A DNA stretch of 32,000 nt from Methylorubrum extorquens (GCA_900234795.1 LT962688.1:960001-992000); one strand, 5' to 3'; positions 15,535 through 24,585 are shown, numbered from the stretch's first letter. Notes: a model not told the origin generated them from the letters alone. Made by a program: numbers and translations.

Positions 15535-15723
15535 ATGGCCCGCCGCTCGAATGTGTCACAAGCCACCATCATTCGCACCCTGAAAGCTGCACAGAGAGTT
15601 GGCCTAAAAATCAAATGTGTCGAGGTTGATGGCAATAAGATTGTAGTTCATTCGGGAGATGGCGCCCAAGCTGAACCAACGTCGGAACTAGAAGCATGGA
15701 AGGCTAGGCGCAATGCGCGTTAG
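15535..15723 (+). CDS. small DNA-binding / excisionase-like protein upstream of the integrase (62 aa)
   Basis: Its position and 11-nt overlap with the integrase start. MARRSNVSQATIIRTLKAAQRVGLKIKCVEVDGNKIVV resembles the small genes that precede Rhizobiales island integrases. Confidence 0.45.
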   Translation: MARRSNVSQATIIRTLKAAQRVGLKIKCVEVDGNKIVVHSGDGAQAEPTSELEAWKARRNAR

Positions 15724-16762
15724 ATTGAAGGGCTTGAACTCCAAAACTAAGGTCTTAGCGGACGGGACTAAGCGAACCTACTGGTACGCATGGAAAGGAG
15801 GCCCCCGGATCGAGGGCACGCCAGGCACACCCGAGTTCATGGCAAGCTACAGCGCGGCGGTTGCCGAGAAGCGCAAACCCGCGGGCGGCGTCCTCCTTTC
15901 GATCATGCAGGACTTCCAGGCCAGCGACGCCTTCCTCGGCCGCGAACCTCGCACCCGTTCTGACTACGTGCGGCACATCAAAGCGATCGAGGTCGAGTTC
16001 GGCGATTTCCCGCTTGGCGCGCTGACCGACCGACGCACCCGCGGCGAGTTCATGGCATGGCGCGATCGCCTTGCCCTGCGATCCCGTCGGCAGGCCGACT
16101 ACGCCTGGAGCGTGCTCGCCCGCATTCTCTCCTGGGCGCTCGACCGCGGCCTCATCCTGGCCAACCCCTGCGAGCGGGGAGGGCGGCTCTATCGAGCGAC
16201 GCGCAGCGACAGAGTATGGACTGATGCCGACGAGGCTGCGTTCCTCGCATGCGCGCCGGCCCATCTGCATCTGCCGCTGATCTTGGCGCTCTGGACCGGA
16301 CAGAGGCAGGGCGATCTCCTTCGCCTGCCGTGGTCGGCGTACGACGGCAACACGATTCGCTTAAAGCAGGGCAAGACGCGCGCAAGGGTCGTGGTGCCGG
16401 TCGGCGCGCCGCTGAAGGCTGCTCTCGACGCAGCACTGCGTCAGAGTCCGGTAATTCTGGCGAACTCGGAGGGTCGGCCCTGGACCGGCGACGGCTTCCG
16501 CTCCTCGTGGGGCAAGGCTTGTCGCGCCGCCGGTATCACCGGCCTGACGTTCCACGACCTGCGCGGTACCGCAGTGAGTCGGTTGGCACTGGCCGGATGC
16601 TCAGAACCCGAGATCGCGACACTCACCGGTCACGCACTCCGAGACGTCCGCTCAATTCTGGATGCCCACTACCTGAATCGCGACCCGGCGCTCGCGCTTG
16701 CTGCGATCAGAAAGCTCGAAACGAGAACGCAATTTCCCGACCGCTCTCCCGACCGGGCGTGA
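15713..16762 (+). CDS. int: tyrosine recombinase / phage-type integrase
   Basis: 349 aa. The N-terminus (MRVRLKGLNSKTKVLADGTKRTYWYAWKGGPRI) is typical of alphaproteobacterial island integrases. The catalytic region includes GQRQGDLLRL, HDLRGTAVSRLALAG and the distal HY. It ends 40 nt from a tRNA 3' end. Confidence 0.9.
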   Translation: MRVRLKGLNSKTKVLADGTKRTYWYAWKGGPRIEGTPGTPEFMASYSAAVAEKRKPAGGVLLSIMQDFQASDAFLGREPRTRSDYVRHIKAIEVEFGDFPLGALTDRRTRGEFMAWRDRLALRSRRQADYAWSVLARILSWALDRGLILANPCERGGRLYRATRSDRVWTDADEAAFLACAPAHLHLPLILALWTGQRQGDLLRLPWSAYDGNTIRLKQGKTRARVVVPVGAPLKAALDAALRQSPVILANSEGRPWTGDGFRSSWGKACRAAGITGLTFHDLRGTAVSRLALAGCSEPEIATLTGHALRDVRSILDAHYLNRDPALALAAIRKLETRTQFPDRSPDRA

Positions 16763-16801
16763 TGTTCTCGCGATGAAAAGGGAAAAGCTCAGGTTTTTCA
16801 G

Positions 16802-16875
16802 TGGCTGGGGGACCTGGATTCGAACCAGGACTAGCGGAGTCAGAGTCCGCGGTTCTACCGTTAAACTATCCCCCA
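16802..16875 (-). tRNA. tRNA-Gln (anticodon CUG)
   Basis: Hand-folded on the minus strand. The acceptor stem is TGGGGGA/TCCCCCA with discriminator G and an encoded CCA. The T arm is CCTGG-TTCGAAT-CCAGG. The anticodon stem is GCGGA/TCCGC with loop CTCTGAC; the anticodon CTG corresponds to plus-strand cag at 16841-16843. Confidence 0.85.
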
Positions 16876-16958
16876 CCGGAGCCGTCACCGGCCCCGTCGA
16901 GGGAGGCCGGAAGCAGGTGGGATCGCGTTGTCCGCCATCCCGCGCTCGGTGCTGGCGT

Positions 16959-16987
16959 CAGATAGGCTGTGACGGGCGTCGCGTCAA
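16959..16987 (-). promoter_or_regulatory. candidate sigma70-type promoter for tRNA-Gln
   Basis: The minus strand reads TTGACG (16987-16982), a 17-nt spacer, then TATCTG (16964-16959). This is about 80 nt upstream of the tRNA 5' end. Confidence 0.3.
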
Positions 16988-17097
16988 CATGGCTGCACGC
17001 GTGATCGTGAGGGTGAGGCTCAGCGGCCACGGTGCCGGGGGCTGCCGGGTCTCGGGCGGGGTGGGTGGTGGTGTCCGCGCGCTCGGAAGCCACCCGT

Positions 17098-18282
17098 TCA
17101 GTTCAGGGAGGGCTGCCGGTGACCGGCCTTCGCCGCGACGAGTGCCTCGCTCGGCGGCGACGCCGTTCGAGGGGACGGGCCCAGCGCCAGCGTCTCGGCG
17201 ATCACGTAGCGGGCCAGCGCGTCGAAAGTGTAGACCCGTTCGACCAGAGCCTGAGCGGCCGACGTCATCCGGTCGACGCCCGCGTCGTCCGTGCGCAGAA
17301 GCTGGTCGAGGGCGCGTTCCAGATCCTCCTGCGGGTCGAGATAGAACCCCTCGCGTCCGTGCAGGAAGGGTTCGATGCCGGTCAGCGGGCGGGTATCGAA
17401 AATCGGCACGCTGCCCAGCGACGCGACCTCGTAGTGCCGGTAGCAATCCCAGCCGACGCCGCCCGGCGACAGGCAGAACCGGCTCCGGGTGATCGCCTCG
17501 GCGAAGGCTTCCGGGCTCAGGCGATGCGTCGGCGCGTGGATGCGCCACCCCCGGGCCGCCAATCGCGGCAGGACGCCGCTGACGGTCTCGCGGAAGGCGA
17601 TGCCCTGCGCCGAGCCGGCGTAGAACAGATCGTAGCTGCGCGCGGAGGCCGGGATCGGGGTTTTCAGCGCCGTCGCCTCGATCCCGAGGGCGAAGGGGCG
17701 CAGCTTGGCCCGGAGCGCCAGGCAGGCGGGATCCTGGCGGGCATGGCCGGCGCAGGCGCCGCGGGGCAGCACCGTTTCGAGGGTGTTCCACGGATTGGCG
17801 GCCAACTCGCGCTTGAAGAACAGGTCGCACCGCCGGAGGAAGGCGCGGTCGCGCGGGTGGATCGTGAGATGGTCGGTCACGTCGAGGACCGCGAGCCGGA
17901 CGCGGGGGCCGCGGGCGGCAAACAGGACGAGGCCGCGGAAGGCGAGCCCGATCAGGCTCAGGGCCGCATGGACGGGGTAGGCGTGCCCGGCGCTGTTGAC
18001 CGGGCCGACACACCGGGCGACGACGATGTCGTAGTCCTGGGCGAGGCAGGCCCGGCCGATCCCGGCCACCCGCCGCGCCAGCTTCAGCAGCCGCAGCGGC
18101 AAGCTGCCGGAACGCGGCGCGCGGGTCCGCACATCGGCCCAGCGCAGCCGCGTGTCGAGGAAGGTCGTGCGCTCGGGGAAGGCGGCGGTCACGAGCGGCA
18201 TCAGCCCGAATTCGAGGATCCGCGGAGGGCCCGGGAAGCCATCCGACGCCACGTGGCGGGCGCGGTCGATCAGCGTCTCCAT
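17098..18282 (-). CDS. exostosin-like (GT47-type) glycosyltransferase
   Basis: 394 aa. DLFYAGSAQG...ITRSRFCLSPGGVGWDCYRHYEVASLGSVPIF matches the exostosin-family C-terminal pattern (S.FCL.P.G.....R..Ea...G.iPV). Confidence 0.6.
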   Translation of the reverse strand: METLIDRARHVASDGFPGPPRILEFGLMPLVTAAFPERTTFLDTRLRWADVRTRAPRSGSLPLRLLKLARRVAGIGRACLAQDYDIVVARCVGPVNSAGHAYPVHAALSLIGLAFRGLVLFAARGPRVRLAVLDVTDHLTIHPRDRAFLRRCDLFFKRELAANPWNTLETVLPRGACAGHARQDPACLALRAKLRPFALGIEATALKTPIPASARSYDLFYAGSAQGIAFRETVSGVLPRLAARGWRIHAPTHRLSPEAFAEAITRSRFCLSPGGVGWDCYRHYEVASLGSVPIFDTRPLTGIEPFLHGREGFYLDPQEDLERALDQLLRTDDAGVDRMTSAAQALVERVYTFDALARYVIAETLALGPSPRTASPPSEALVAAKAGHRQPSLN

Positions 18283-18451
18283 GGCGACTCCCTGGCGGTT
18301 TCGGGGTCGGCATAGCGGCGCCCGCCCCGCGCCGGGACCGTGCCACCGGATCCGCTCGAATGGAGCGGCTTCCGCCTCATGACGCCGGCGCGATGTCCGA
18401 GCCGGCGCCCTCCGTCATCGCGACGGGATCGCGAGGGCTTCGCCTCGGACA

Positions 18452-19270
18452 TCAGAAGTGGGCGTGGGGCTGAAGCTTCAGCCGGCTGCGGCCGAGATCG
18501 AGCTGCTTGCTGACGAGCCAGTCTGGATTGCGGGCGTTGAAGTAACCCTTCAGCGCGTAGCGCCAGAACAGCTCTTCAGCGCGGGAGGACGGCCCGTGCA
18601 CCCCCTTCACCTGGGCGACTTCGCCCAGCGCCCGGGCCTTGTGGGCGAGGTTGGCGCTGTTGTTCTGCCCGGTGCGGCGGAAGCAGGCGACCGGCCTAGC
18701 GACGCGGGCATAGGGCTCCTGCGCCAGAGCACGGCAGAACATCTCGTAGTCGCCGCAATCCCTGAACGCGTAGTTGAACCCGCCGAGCTCGGCGTAGAAA
18801 TCCCGCGCGATGTAGGTCGCCATGTGCATGACCGGGTTCCAGCCGAGGCACACGAGCATGCGCGGCGTCATCCAGTTGGGCGGGGCGGCCAACCCGCCCA
18901 GGCCCCGGCCGCGCCCGTCGATCCAGCGGATCCCGCCGACGACCCAGCGCCGATGGCTGCCCTTGTAGGCCTCGACCACGGCCTCCAGGCCGCCTTCGAG
19001 CAGCACGTCGTCGGCGCCCAGGAAGCCGAGCAGCTCGCCCGATGCGGCGAAGGAGCCCTTGTTGATCGCGTCGAAGATGCCGCGATCCTTGCCCTGGAGC
19101 ACGGTGGCGCCGAGGCTTTGCGCCAATTCGACGGTACCATCGGTGCTGCCCGCATCGACGATCACATGCTCGACCTCGATGCCGTTGCGGGCGCTGGCCC
19201 GCGAGGATTCAATACATTCGCGTAAGTATTCGACGCCGTTCAGCGTCGGGGTGACCACGGACACCTTCAT
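18452..19270 (-). CDS. family 2 glycosyltransferase
   Basis: An internal ATG (cat at 19268-19270) gives MKVSVVTPTLNGVEYLRECIESS...VIVDAGSTDGT...GIFDAINKG, a classic GT2 N-terminus. Confidence 0.85.
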   Translation of the reverse strand: MKVSVVTPTLNGVEYLRECIESSRASARNGIEVEHVIVDAGSTDGTVELAQSLGATVLQGKDRGIFDAINKGSFAASGELLGFLGADDVLLEGGLEAVVEAYKGSHRRWVVGGIRWIDGRGRGLGGLAAPPNWMTPRMLVCLGWNPVMHMATYIARDFYAELGGFNYAFRDCGDYEMFCRALAQEPYARVARPVACFRRTGQNNSANLAHKARALGEVAQVKGVHGPSSRAEELFWRYALKGYFNARNPDWLVSKQLDLGRSRLKLQPHAHF

Positions 19271-19364
19271 GGCCGGCTTCCTCGTCTTTCGGCTTGCGAT
19301 CGCGTGCGGGACCACGCGCGTTCGGGCAGGGGCGGCGCCGGGCCCTCACGGCGCCGCACGATCG

Positions 19365-20126
19365 TCAGGCCACAGCCGCGAGCGCGCTGGAGAAGCTGTC
19401 ACGGCCGGCGACGAGGGGGAAGGGCGCTACGAGGCCGCCGAACCGCTCGGCGGGGGCGCAGCCATTGGTGACGATGCCCTTGTTCATCGCCCAGACCGCC
19501 GCCTGCGTCCGATTCTTCACTCGGACCTTGCGCAGGATCGCCTTGACGTGAACCTTGACGGTCGCCTCCGCGATATCGAGGTTGCGGGCGATGACCTTGT
19601 TGGACTCCCCCAAGGCCAACCCTTCGAGGATGTTGACCTCGCGGCTCGACAGGCTGGAGAGCGAGGTGCCGTCCGCCCGCTGCAGCCCGGTCAGGGCGGC
19701 GACCGGACCGGGTGCGCGCACCGGATCGAAGGCCAGGCACAAACGCCCGAGGAAGCTCACCGGCAGCACCGCGCAATCGGCGATCACCACCTCGAGGGTC
19801 TTGAGCAGGTCGGCCGGAGAGACGTCCTCGGTCAGATAGGCCGAAGCGCCGAGTTGAAGGCTGCGCAGCATCAGCCCTTCGGTATCGCGCAGCGCGAGCG
19901 CCACGATCTTGACCTCGGGCAGCGCCTCGGCGACCTGCCCGACGATCCCCGCGGCCTCCTCATCGATGACGACGAGCGCCAAATGCGCCGCCTTGAGGTC
20001 GGACAGGTGAAGCGCCGGGCTGGCCGCGACCTGCCGCACCATGAAGCGGGTGCCGGAAAGAAGCGCGATCAGGCTTTCCCGGACCATGCGGTTGTCACTG
20101 ACGATGAGCGTATCGATGTGTTCCAT
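19365..20126 (-). CDS. LuxR/FixJ-type regulator with a degenerate receiver domain
   Basis: The C-terminal HTH reads LSSREVNILEGLALGESNKVIARNLDIAEATVKVHVKAILRKVRVKNRTQAAVWA. The receiver keeps an Asp at VVID but lacks the conserved Thr/Ser (KIVALAL) and Lys (AYLTED versus the usual GYLxK). Confidence 0.8.
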   Translation of the reverse strand: MEHIDTLIVSDNRMVRESLIALLSGTRFMVRQVAASPALHLSDLKAAHLALVVIDEEAAGIVGQVAEALPEVKIVALALRDTEGLMLRSLQLGASAYLTEDVSPADLLKTLEVVIADCAVLPVSFLGRLCLAFDPVRAPGPVAALTGLQRADGTSLSSLSSREVNILEGLALGESNKVIARNLDIAEATVKVHVKAILRKVRVKNRTQAAVWAMNKGIVTNGCAPAERFGGLVAPFPLVAGRDSFSSALAAVA

Positions 20127-20204
20127 CGGAGCTACTCCCCTGATCTCCTGAAAACCTCCCGCGCCGGATCACCCTGACCGCCAGATTCTGTTCAGGCCGT
20201 TCAA

Positions 20205-20221
20205 ACGCACATATTGTGCGT
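20205..20221. promoter_or_regulatory. perfect palindrome ACGCACA-TAT-TGTGCGT, candidate operator
   Basis: 7-bp arms with a 3-bp spacer. It lies about 80 nt upstream of the start of regulator gene 19365..20126, inside a 193-bp intergenic region. Confidence 0.3.
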
Positions 20222-20319
20222 CGCAGAATGGTTAGGCACAAATTAACTAGACCGAATGGGAGGTGTCCTGTCATGTCAGAAAAAACTTGGACATCTCAAC
20301 AAGGCGTATCCAGTTCGTA

Positions 20320-20970
20320 CTAGGCTTTTCCCTTGAGAATGGTCGGCGCGAGCAGCGCAGCCTCGGTTCGATTTCTGACGCCGAGCATTCGGATCACGGC
20401 TGAAACGTGAATTTTCACGGTCGCCTCGGCGATACTCAATGCGATCGCGATCTCTCGATTGGATAACCCCTTGCCGATTAGCGCCAGAACTTCACGTTGG
20501 CGCAGGGTCAACCCGAATGTTCGCACGCTGCGCTCCGGTTGCCGCAGCCCCGCCCCGGCATCCGGCGGCTTCACGGCCAGGATGGTGGTGGGTGCGTAGA
20601 GCCGGCCGTCGAGCGTGGTTCGGACCGCCTCGAGCATTTCCTCGTGGCGCTGGCGCCGAACGATCAATCCGTGAAAGCCGAGGCTCAGAGCATCCTGGAA
20701 CAGGTCGGCCGAGGCATGGGGGACGACGAGCAGGAGGCGTGCGGTGCCGGACGCGCGCTTCAGGGCTCCGAGATAGGTCGGATCGCCGGCCGGAAGGAGG
20801 CGCGATCCGACGATCACGAGGTCCGTCTTCAGCGGTGACCGAAGGCTGTTAATCAATTCTGATGAATTCGAAACATCGACGACGATGATTCCACTCAGAT
20901 TCAATTCCAGAGTTCGCCGCAAGACGATGCGGAAATTTCTTTGGTCATCTGCGATGATGATCCGCAACAT
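20320..20970 (-). CDS. LuxR-type regulator with a pseudo-receiver domain (phospho-acceptor Asp replaced by Gly)
   Basis: The HTH reads LTLRQREVLALIGKGLSNREIAIALSIAEATVKIHVSAVIRMLGVRNRTEAALLA. In the receiver, IIIADDQ is present, but the acceptor position reads DLVIVGSRLL (Gly55). The T/S and K positions read VVPHAS and LIVRRQ. Confidence 0.8.
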   Translation of the reverse strand: MLRIIIADDQRNFRIVLRRTLELNLSGIIVVDVSNSSELINSLRSPLKTDLVIVGSRLLPAGDPTYLGALKRASGTARLLLVVPHASADLFQDALSLGFHGLIVRRQRHEEMLEAVRTTLDGRLYAPTTILAVKPPDAGAGLRQPERSVRTFGLTLRQREVLALIGKGLSNREIAIALSIAEATVKIHVSAVIRMLGVRNRTEAALLAPTILKGKA

Positions 20971-21642
20971 AACTGAGCGTTAACTCCTTAGATTGCCGAT
21001 CATCGCGATTAAAATGAATATATCTGCTATAAATTCACTTCGAGCGCGCCGATCTGTTTTTATGCTCTGAAAATCACAGCTTTCGATCGCACCGCACTCA
21101 GGAAAACGTCAAATCAAAACGAAATCCCGAATTATAGACAAATTGACAGACTTTTCTGCCTCGCAGAAGAGCTCTGCCTCGCCCAATGCTTAACATGCGA
21201 ACCGCAATCGGCAAGTTTCTCTCAAGAGACTACCCGATATTGGCAAATATTATTTTGAGTCGTCGATTCGATCAGGAGCTCATTCCAGAAAATCCGCGAC
21301 GCGCTATCAATTATGAACTTAATACGCCTTTCGGGCTATCAACAATGAGGTATCGGCAAAACACTTTTGTTATATACCGCGCCGCAGCAGAGTCATATCG
21401 TACAACCTTACGGTCGCCTGGGCAGAACTAATCCGGTGTTTCGATCATAACCCGGATGGATCATGCCACCATGGCAACGGTGGGTAGTGGGGGGACTCCG
21501 TCGATGTCAGTAATCGTGGCGGGTGATGGCGGCTCGATCACGCGGCTGATGTACGAGCGTCGATGCCGAACGTTCTCGACACGCTTATCGCGCCCTCGCC
21601 GGCTCCACGGAACAACACGCGTGGCCGCACGGAGGCGGTGAC

Positions 21643-22878
21643 GTGTCCGGGGGGGCCTCGTCGATGGATCAGAGCGTGGCGACGGCGGCCGGCTCAGGCC
21701 CGCTGACCGCGGACGCGGCGCGCGTCCTCGATGCGGTCGATGCCCCTGTCCTGGTCGTCGCCCGCTCGGGCAGCATCGCCTACGCCAACGATCCCGCCCG
21801 CCTGCTGCTGACGCGGGAGGATCCGTCCCGGACCCATCTGAGCGGTCATACCTCGCGCAACAGCGAGACCTCGCCGGCCGACAAACACGCACTCACAGGC
21901 AAAATCTCGACGGTGTTTCTGGCCCGAGCCAGAGCGACGCGGACGCCGCTTCCCGGCGTGATCGCGATCAAGCGGGGAAGCGGGATACGCCGTTACCGCT
22001 GCCACGGCTTCCGCCTGAACCGGGAGGGGATCGACCCCCTGGTTCTCCTGCGGCTCCTGCCGACGCCGGAGATGCGGTTCAATCTCCAGGCGACCGAGGC
22101 GGCGATGCTGCGGCGCGAACTCGCCGCGCGCGAGCGCCATCAGCGCAGCCAGCAGGCGCTGCTGCGCGAGCGTGACCTCCTGCTGGCCGATTTGCGCAGC
22201 AGCGCGCAGGCGCGTCTGCGCGCCGAACGCGACCGGGACGCGGTCCTCGCCCAACTCTATCGCGCGCATCAGGCCGAGCGGGAGCGTCTGGCCCGGGAAC
22301 TCCACGACGAGGCCGGCCAGCAGCTCGCATGGCTGAAGCTTCAGCTCGACCGCCTGCGGCGCGCGCCCTCGCCGACGCAAGTCGAGGCGATGCTGAACCA
22401 GGTCGATGCGATCTCGGCCAGCCTGCGGCAGGTCGTTCGCGAGCTGCGCCCGGTCACCCTGACCGAACTCGGCCTCATCCTCGCTTTGGGCGGCCTCGTG
22501 CGCGAATGGTCCGACCAAAGCGCGATCCCCATCGACTTCCAGCTTTCGGGAACCACGGTCCGCCTCACGCCGGAAATCGAGGTGACGATCTTTCGGCTGG
22601 TGCAGGAAGCTCTCACCAACGTCGTCAAGCACGCGCCGGGGGCGCGCCACGTCTCCGTGACCCTGCAATACGCCAGTACGGGCGTCACCCTGGCGATCGA
22701 GGACGACGGGCCCGGGCTTGCCTGCGAGCAGGCGCCCGAGGCGCGGCGGGCAGGCGGCGGCTTCGGACTCGCGGGCATGCGCGAGCGGCTGACCCTGCTC
22801 GGAGGAACGCTCATGATCGAATCGCCTCCCGGCGGCGGGACGACGATTCTGGCGCGATTGCCGCTGACAGGGGGATGA
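21643..22878 (+). CDS. soluble sensor histidine kinase (PAS-like N-terminus, HisKA_3 plus HATPase_c; NarX/DegS class)
   Basis: The H-box is RERLARELHDEAGQQLAWLKLQL. The ATPase motifs are LTNVVKHA, IEDDGPGL and GGFGLAGMRERLTLLGG. No hydrophobic transmembrane segment was seen. GTG 21643 or ATG 21664 could be the start. Confidence 0.85.
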   Translation: MSGGASSMDQSVATAAGSGPLTADAARVLDAVDAPVLVVARSGSIAYANDPARLLLTREDPSRTHLSGHTSRNSETSPADKHALTGKISTVFLARARATRTPLPGVIAIKRGSGIRRYRCHGFRLNREGIDPLVLLRLLPTPEMRFNLQATEAAMLRRELAARERHQRSQQALLRERDLLLADLRSSAQARLRAERDRDAVLAQLYRAHQAERERLARELHDEAGQQLAWLKLQLDRLRRAPSPTQVEAMLNQVDAISASLRQVVRELRPVTLTELGLILALGGLVREWSDQSAIPIDFQLSGTTVRLTPEIEVTIFRLVQEALTNVVKHAPGARHVSVTLQYASTGVTLAIEDDGPGLACEQAPEARRAGGGFGLAGMRERLTLLGGTLMIESPPGGGTTILARLPLTGG

Positions 22879-22879
22879 G

Positions 22880-23590
22880 ATGCGAATGGCGAAAGAACGG
22901 GTCAGGGTCGCCCTGATCGACGACCACCCAATCTTCAGAAGCGGGGTCCGCGGCCTGCTCGGCGAGACGGCCGGCATCGAGGTCGTCGGAGAGGCGAGCG
23001 ACGGCCGGCACGCCCTGGATCTGGTCCTCAGGACCAAGCCGGACGTCGTCATCATGGACATCACCATGACCGGCATGAGCGGCCTTGCGGTGGCGCGTGC
23101 GCTCCGGGAAGTGGGCTCCGCGGTGCACATCGTCTTCCTGACGGTCAACGAAGACCTCGCCTTCGTCGACGAGGCGCTGACCGCAGGGGCCCAGGGCTAT
23201 GTCCTGAAGCGTTCCGCCGGCACCAGCCTGCTGGAGGCCATCGAAGCGGTCGTCTTGGGCGGCCAGTACGTCGATGCCGAAATGCGCGCGCCGCCAGCGC
23301 CGCCCGACCGTACGGAAGCCGGCCCGCCCGCTCCGCATCCCGGCCAGGAGGGCGGCCTCACCGCACGGGAGCGCGAGGTGCTCCGGCTCATCGCGCTGGG
23401 CATGACCATGAAAGAGGTCAGTCTCGCCATGTCGATCTCGGCGGCCTCGGTCGACACCTACAAGATCCGCGGCTGCAAGAAGCTCGGCCTCCGGTCCCGC
23501 GCCAGCATCGTCCGCTTTGCGCTCGGGCAAGGCTGGCTCGAGACCGAGAACAGGCGCTTGTCGTCGGAGCGGCCACCATCACTGATGTGA
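22880..23590 (+). CDS. NarL/FixJ-family response regulator (canonical receiver plus LuxR HTH)
   Basis: VALIDDHPIFRSG, PDVVIMDITMTGMSG, IVFLTVNED and GAQGYVLKRS keep all the receiver hallmarks. The HTH reads LTAREREVLRLIALGMTMKEVSLAMSISAASVDTYKIRGCKKLGL. It starts 1 nt after the kinase stop. Confidence 0.9.
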   Translation: MRMAKERVRVALIDDHPIFRSGVRGLLGETAGIEVVGEASDGRHALDLVLRTKPDVVIMDITMTGMSGLAVARALREVGSAVHIVFLTVNEDLAFVDEALTAGAQGYVLKRSAGTSLLEAIEAVVLGGQYVDAEMRAPPAPPDRTEAGPPAPHPGQEGGLTAREREVLRLIALGMTMKEVSLAMSISAASVDTYKIRGCKKLGLRSRASIVRFALGQGWLETENRRLSSERPPSLM

Positions 23591-23909
23591 GTCTTATCGA
23601 GAACCGGCGTTTCGTTTGCGTAGGAGTTGAAACCATCCCATGAGCGGCGCACCCGATCACCTCGTGCGTTTCATGCGGCACGAAGCGGACAACCGAAATC
23701 CGGCCATCGACGGAAGGCACCCGACGGGTCATTGATCGTCGAAATTCTACCGCTCCGCATGACCGGGGCGGGCGCTCTCTTGCATATTGTCAGAGCTTTT
23801 TCTCGTAGCAGGGCCGACCGGCCAAAGCTGCCCGTTTCATCGCAAGCGTTGCACCGCCTCGGCAGCCGAACGGCCCGCGACAAGCCCGGCCCCTTCTCAC
23901 CGAGCCTGC

Positions 23910-24470
23910 TCAGCCCAGTTCCTGCGCCGCGCGTTCCAGCGCGCCCAGAAGCGGTTCGATCTGCGCGGCGCTCAGATCATGGAAGCCGAGGGTGCGGCCC
24001 ATCACGACGCCGAGCAGCGCGAAGAACAGGGCGGCCCCGACACCGGCCGGCCCCTCCGCAGCCTCGAACCGGGCGAGCCGCTCGGCCACGAACACGCGGT
24101 AGCCGGCGAGGGCATCCGGATTCTCGGCGGAGGCGAGCAGAAGGGCGCGGCTGAACTCGTCCTCCTCGCAATAGCTGCGGCGCAGATGCTCGATCATGCC
24201 GAGCGCGAGCCCCGTCGCGCCCGGGCCCCGCTCGGCCTCGCAGGCGGCGATGCCGGTGCGCAGCTCCTCCAGCTTGCGGCCGACGAGGGCGAGGATCAGC
24301 GCGTCCTTCGAGGCGTAATGGTGCAGCACGCCGCCCTTGCTGAGGCCCGCCTCCGTCGCCACGGCGTCGATGGTCAGCGCGCGCGCGCCGCCCCGGCGCA
24401 GGACCGCGCCCGCCGCGTCGAGAATCACTTCGGCACGGTCGTCGCGCCGGCTGCGCGTCTTCTGCGACAT
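23910..24470 (-). CDS. TetR-family transcriptional regulator
   Basis: An internal ATG (cat at 24468-24470) gives MSQKTRSRRDDRAEVILDAAGAVLRRGGARALTIDAVATEAGLSKGGVLHHYASKDALI, the TetR HTH signature. It is divergent from the efflux operon. Confidence 0.85.
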   Translation of the reverse strand: MSQKTRSRRDDRAEVILDAAGAVLRRGGARALTIDAVATEAGLSKGGVLHHYASKDALILALVGRKLEELRTGIAACEAERGPGATGLALGMIEHLRRSYCEEDEFSRALLLASAENPDALAGYRVFVAERLARFEAAEGPAGVGAALFFALLGVVMGRTLGFHDLSAAQIEPLLGALERAAQELG

Positions 24471-24585
24471 GATCGCCCCCGATCCCCGCCCCTGCACGCG
24501 CCATCCAGCGTGCCACACTAAATCACTGTTGCCGCTGATGTTTCGGGAGAAACCAGGGGCGTCCCCCAAGCCAGTTCGCTTAAAA

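Noticed and set aside
16698-18346. ORFs 16698..17492 (+, 264 aa) and 16958..18346 (-, 462 aa), which cross the tRNA and the glycosyltransferase.
   Set aside because: The composition is Arg/Pro/Gly-rich and not protein-like. One runs through the tRNA gene. The alternative frame (17098..18282) gives a recognisable exostosin-like glycosyltransferase.
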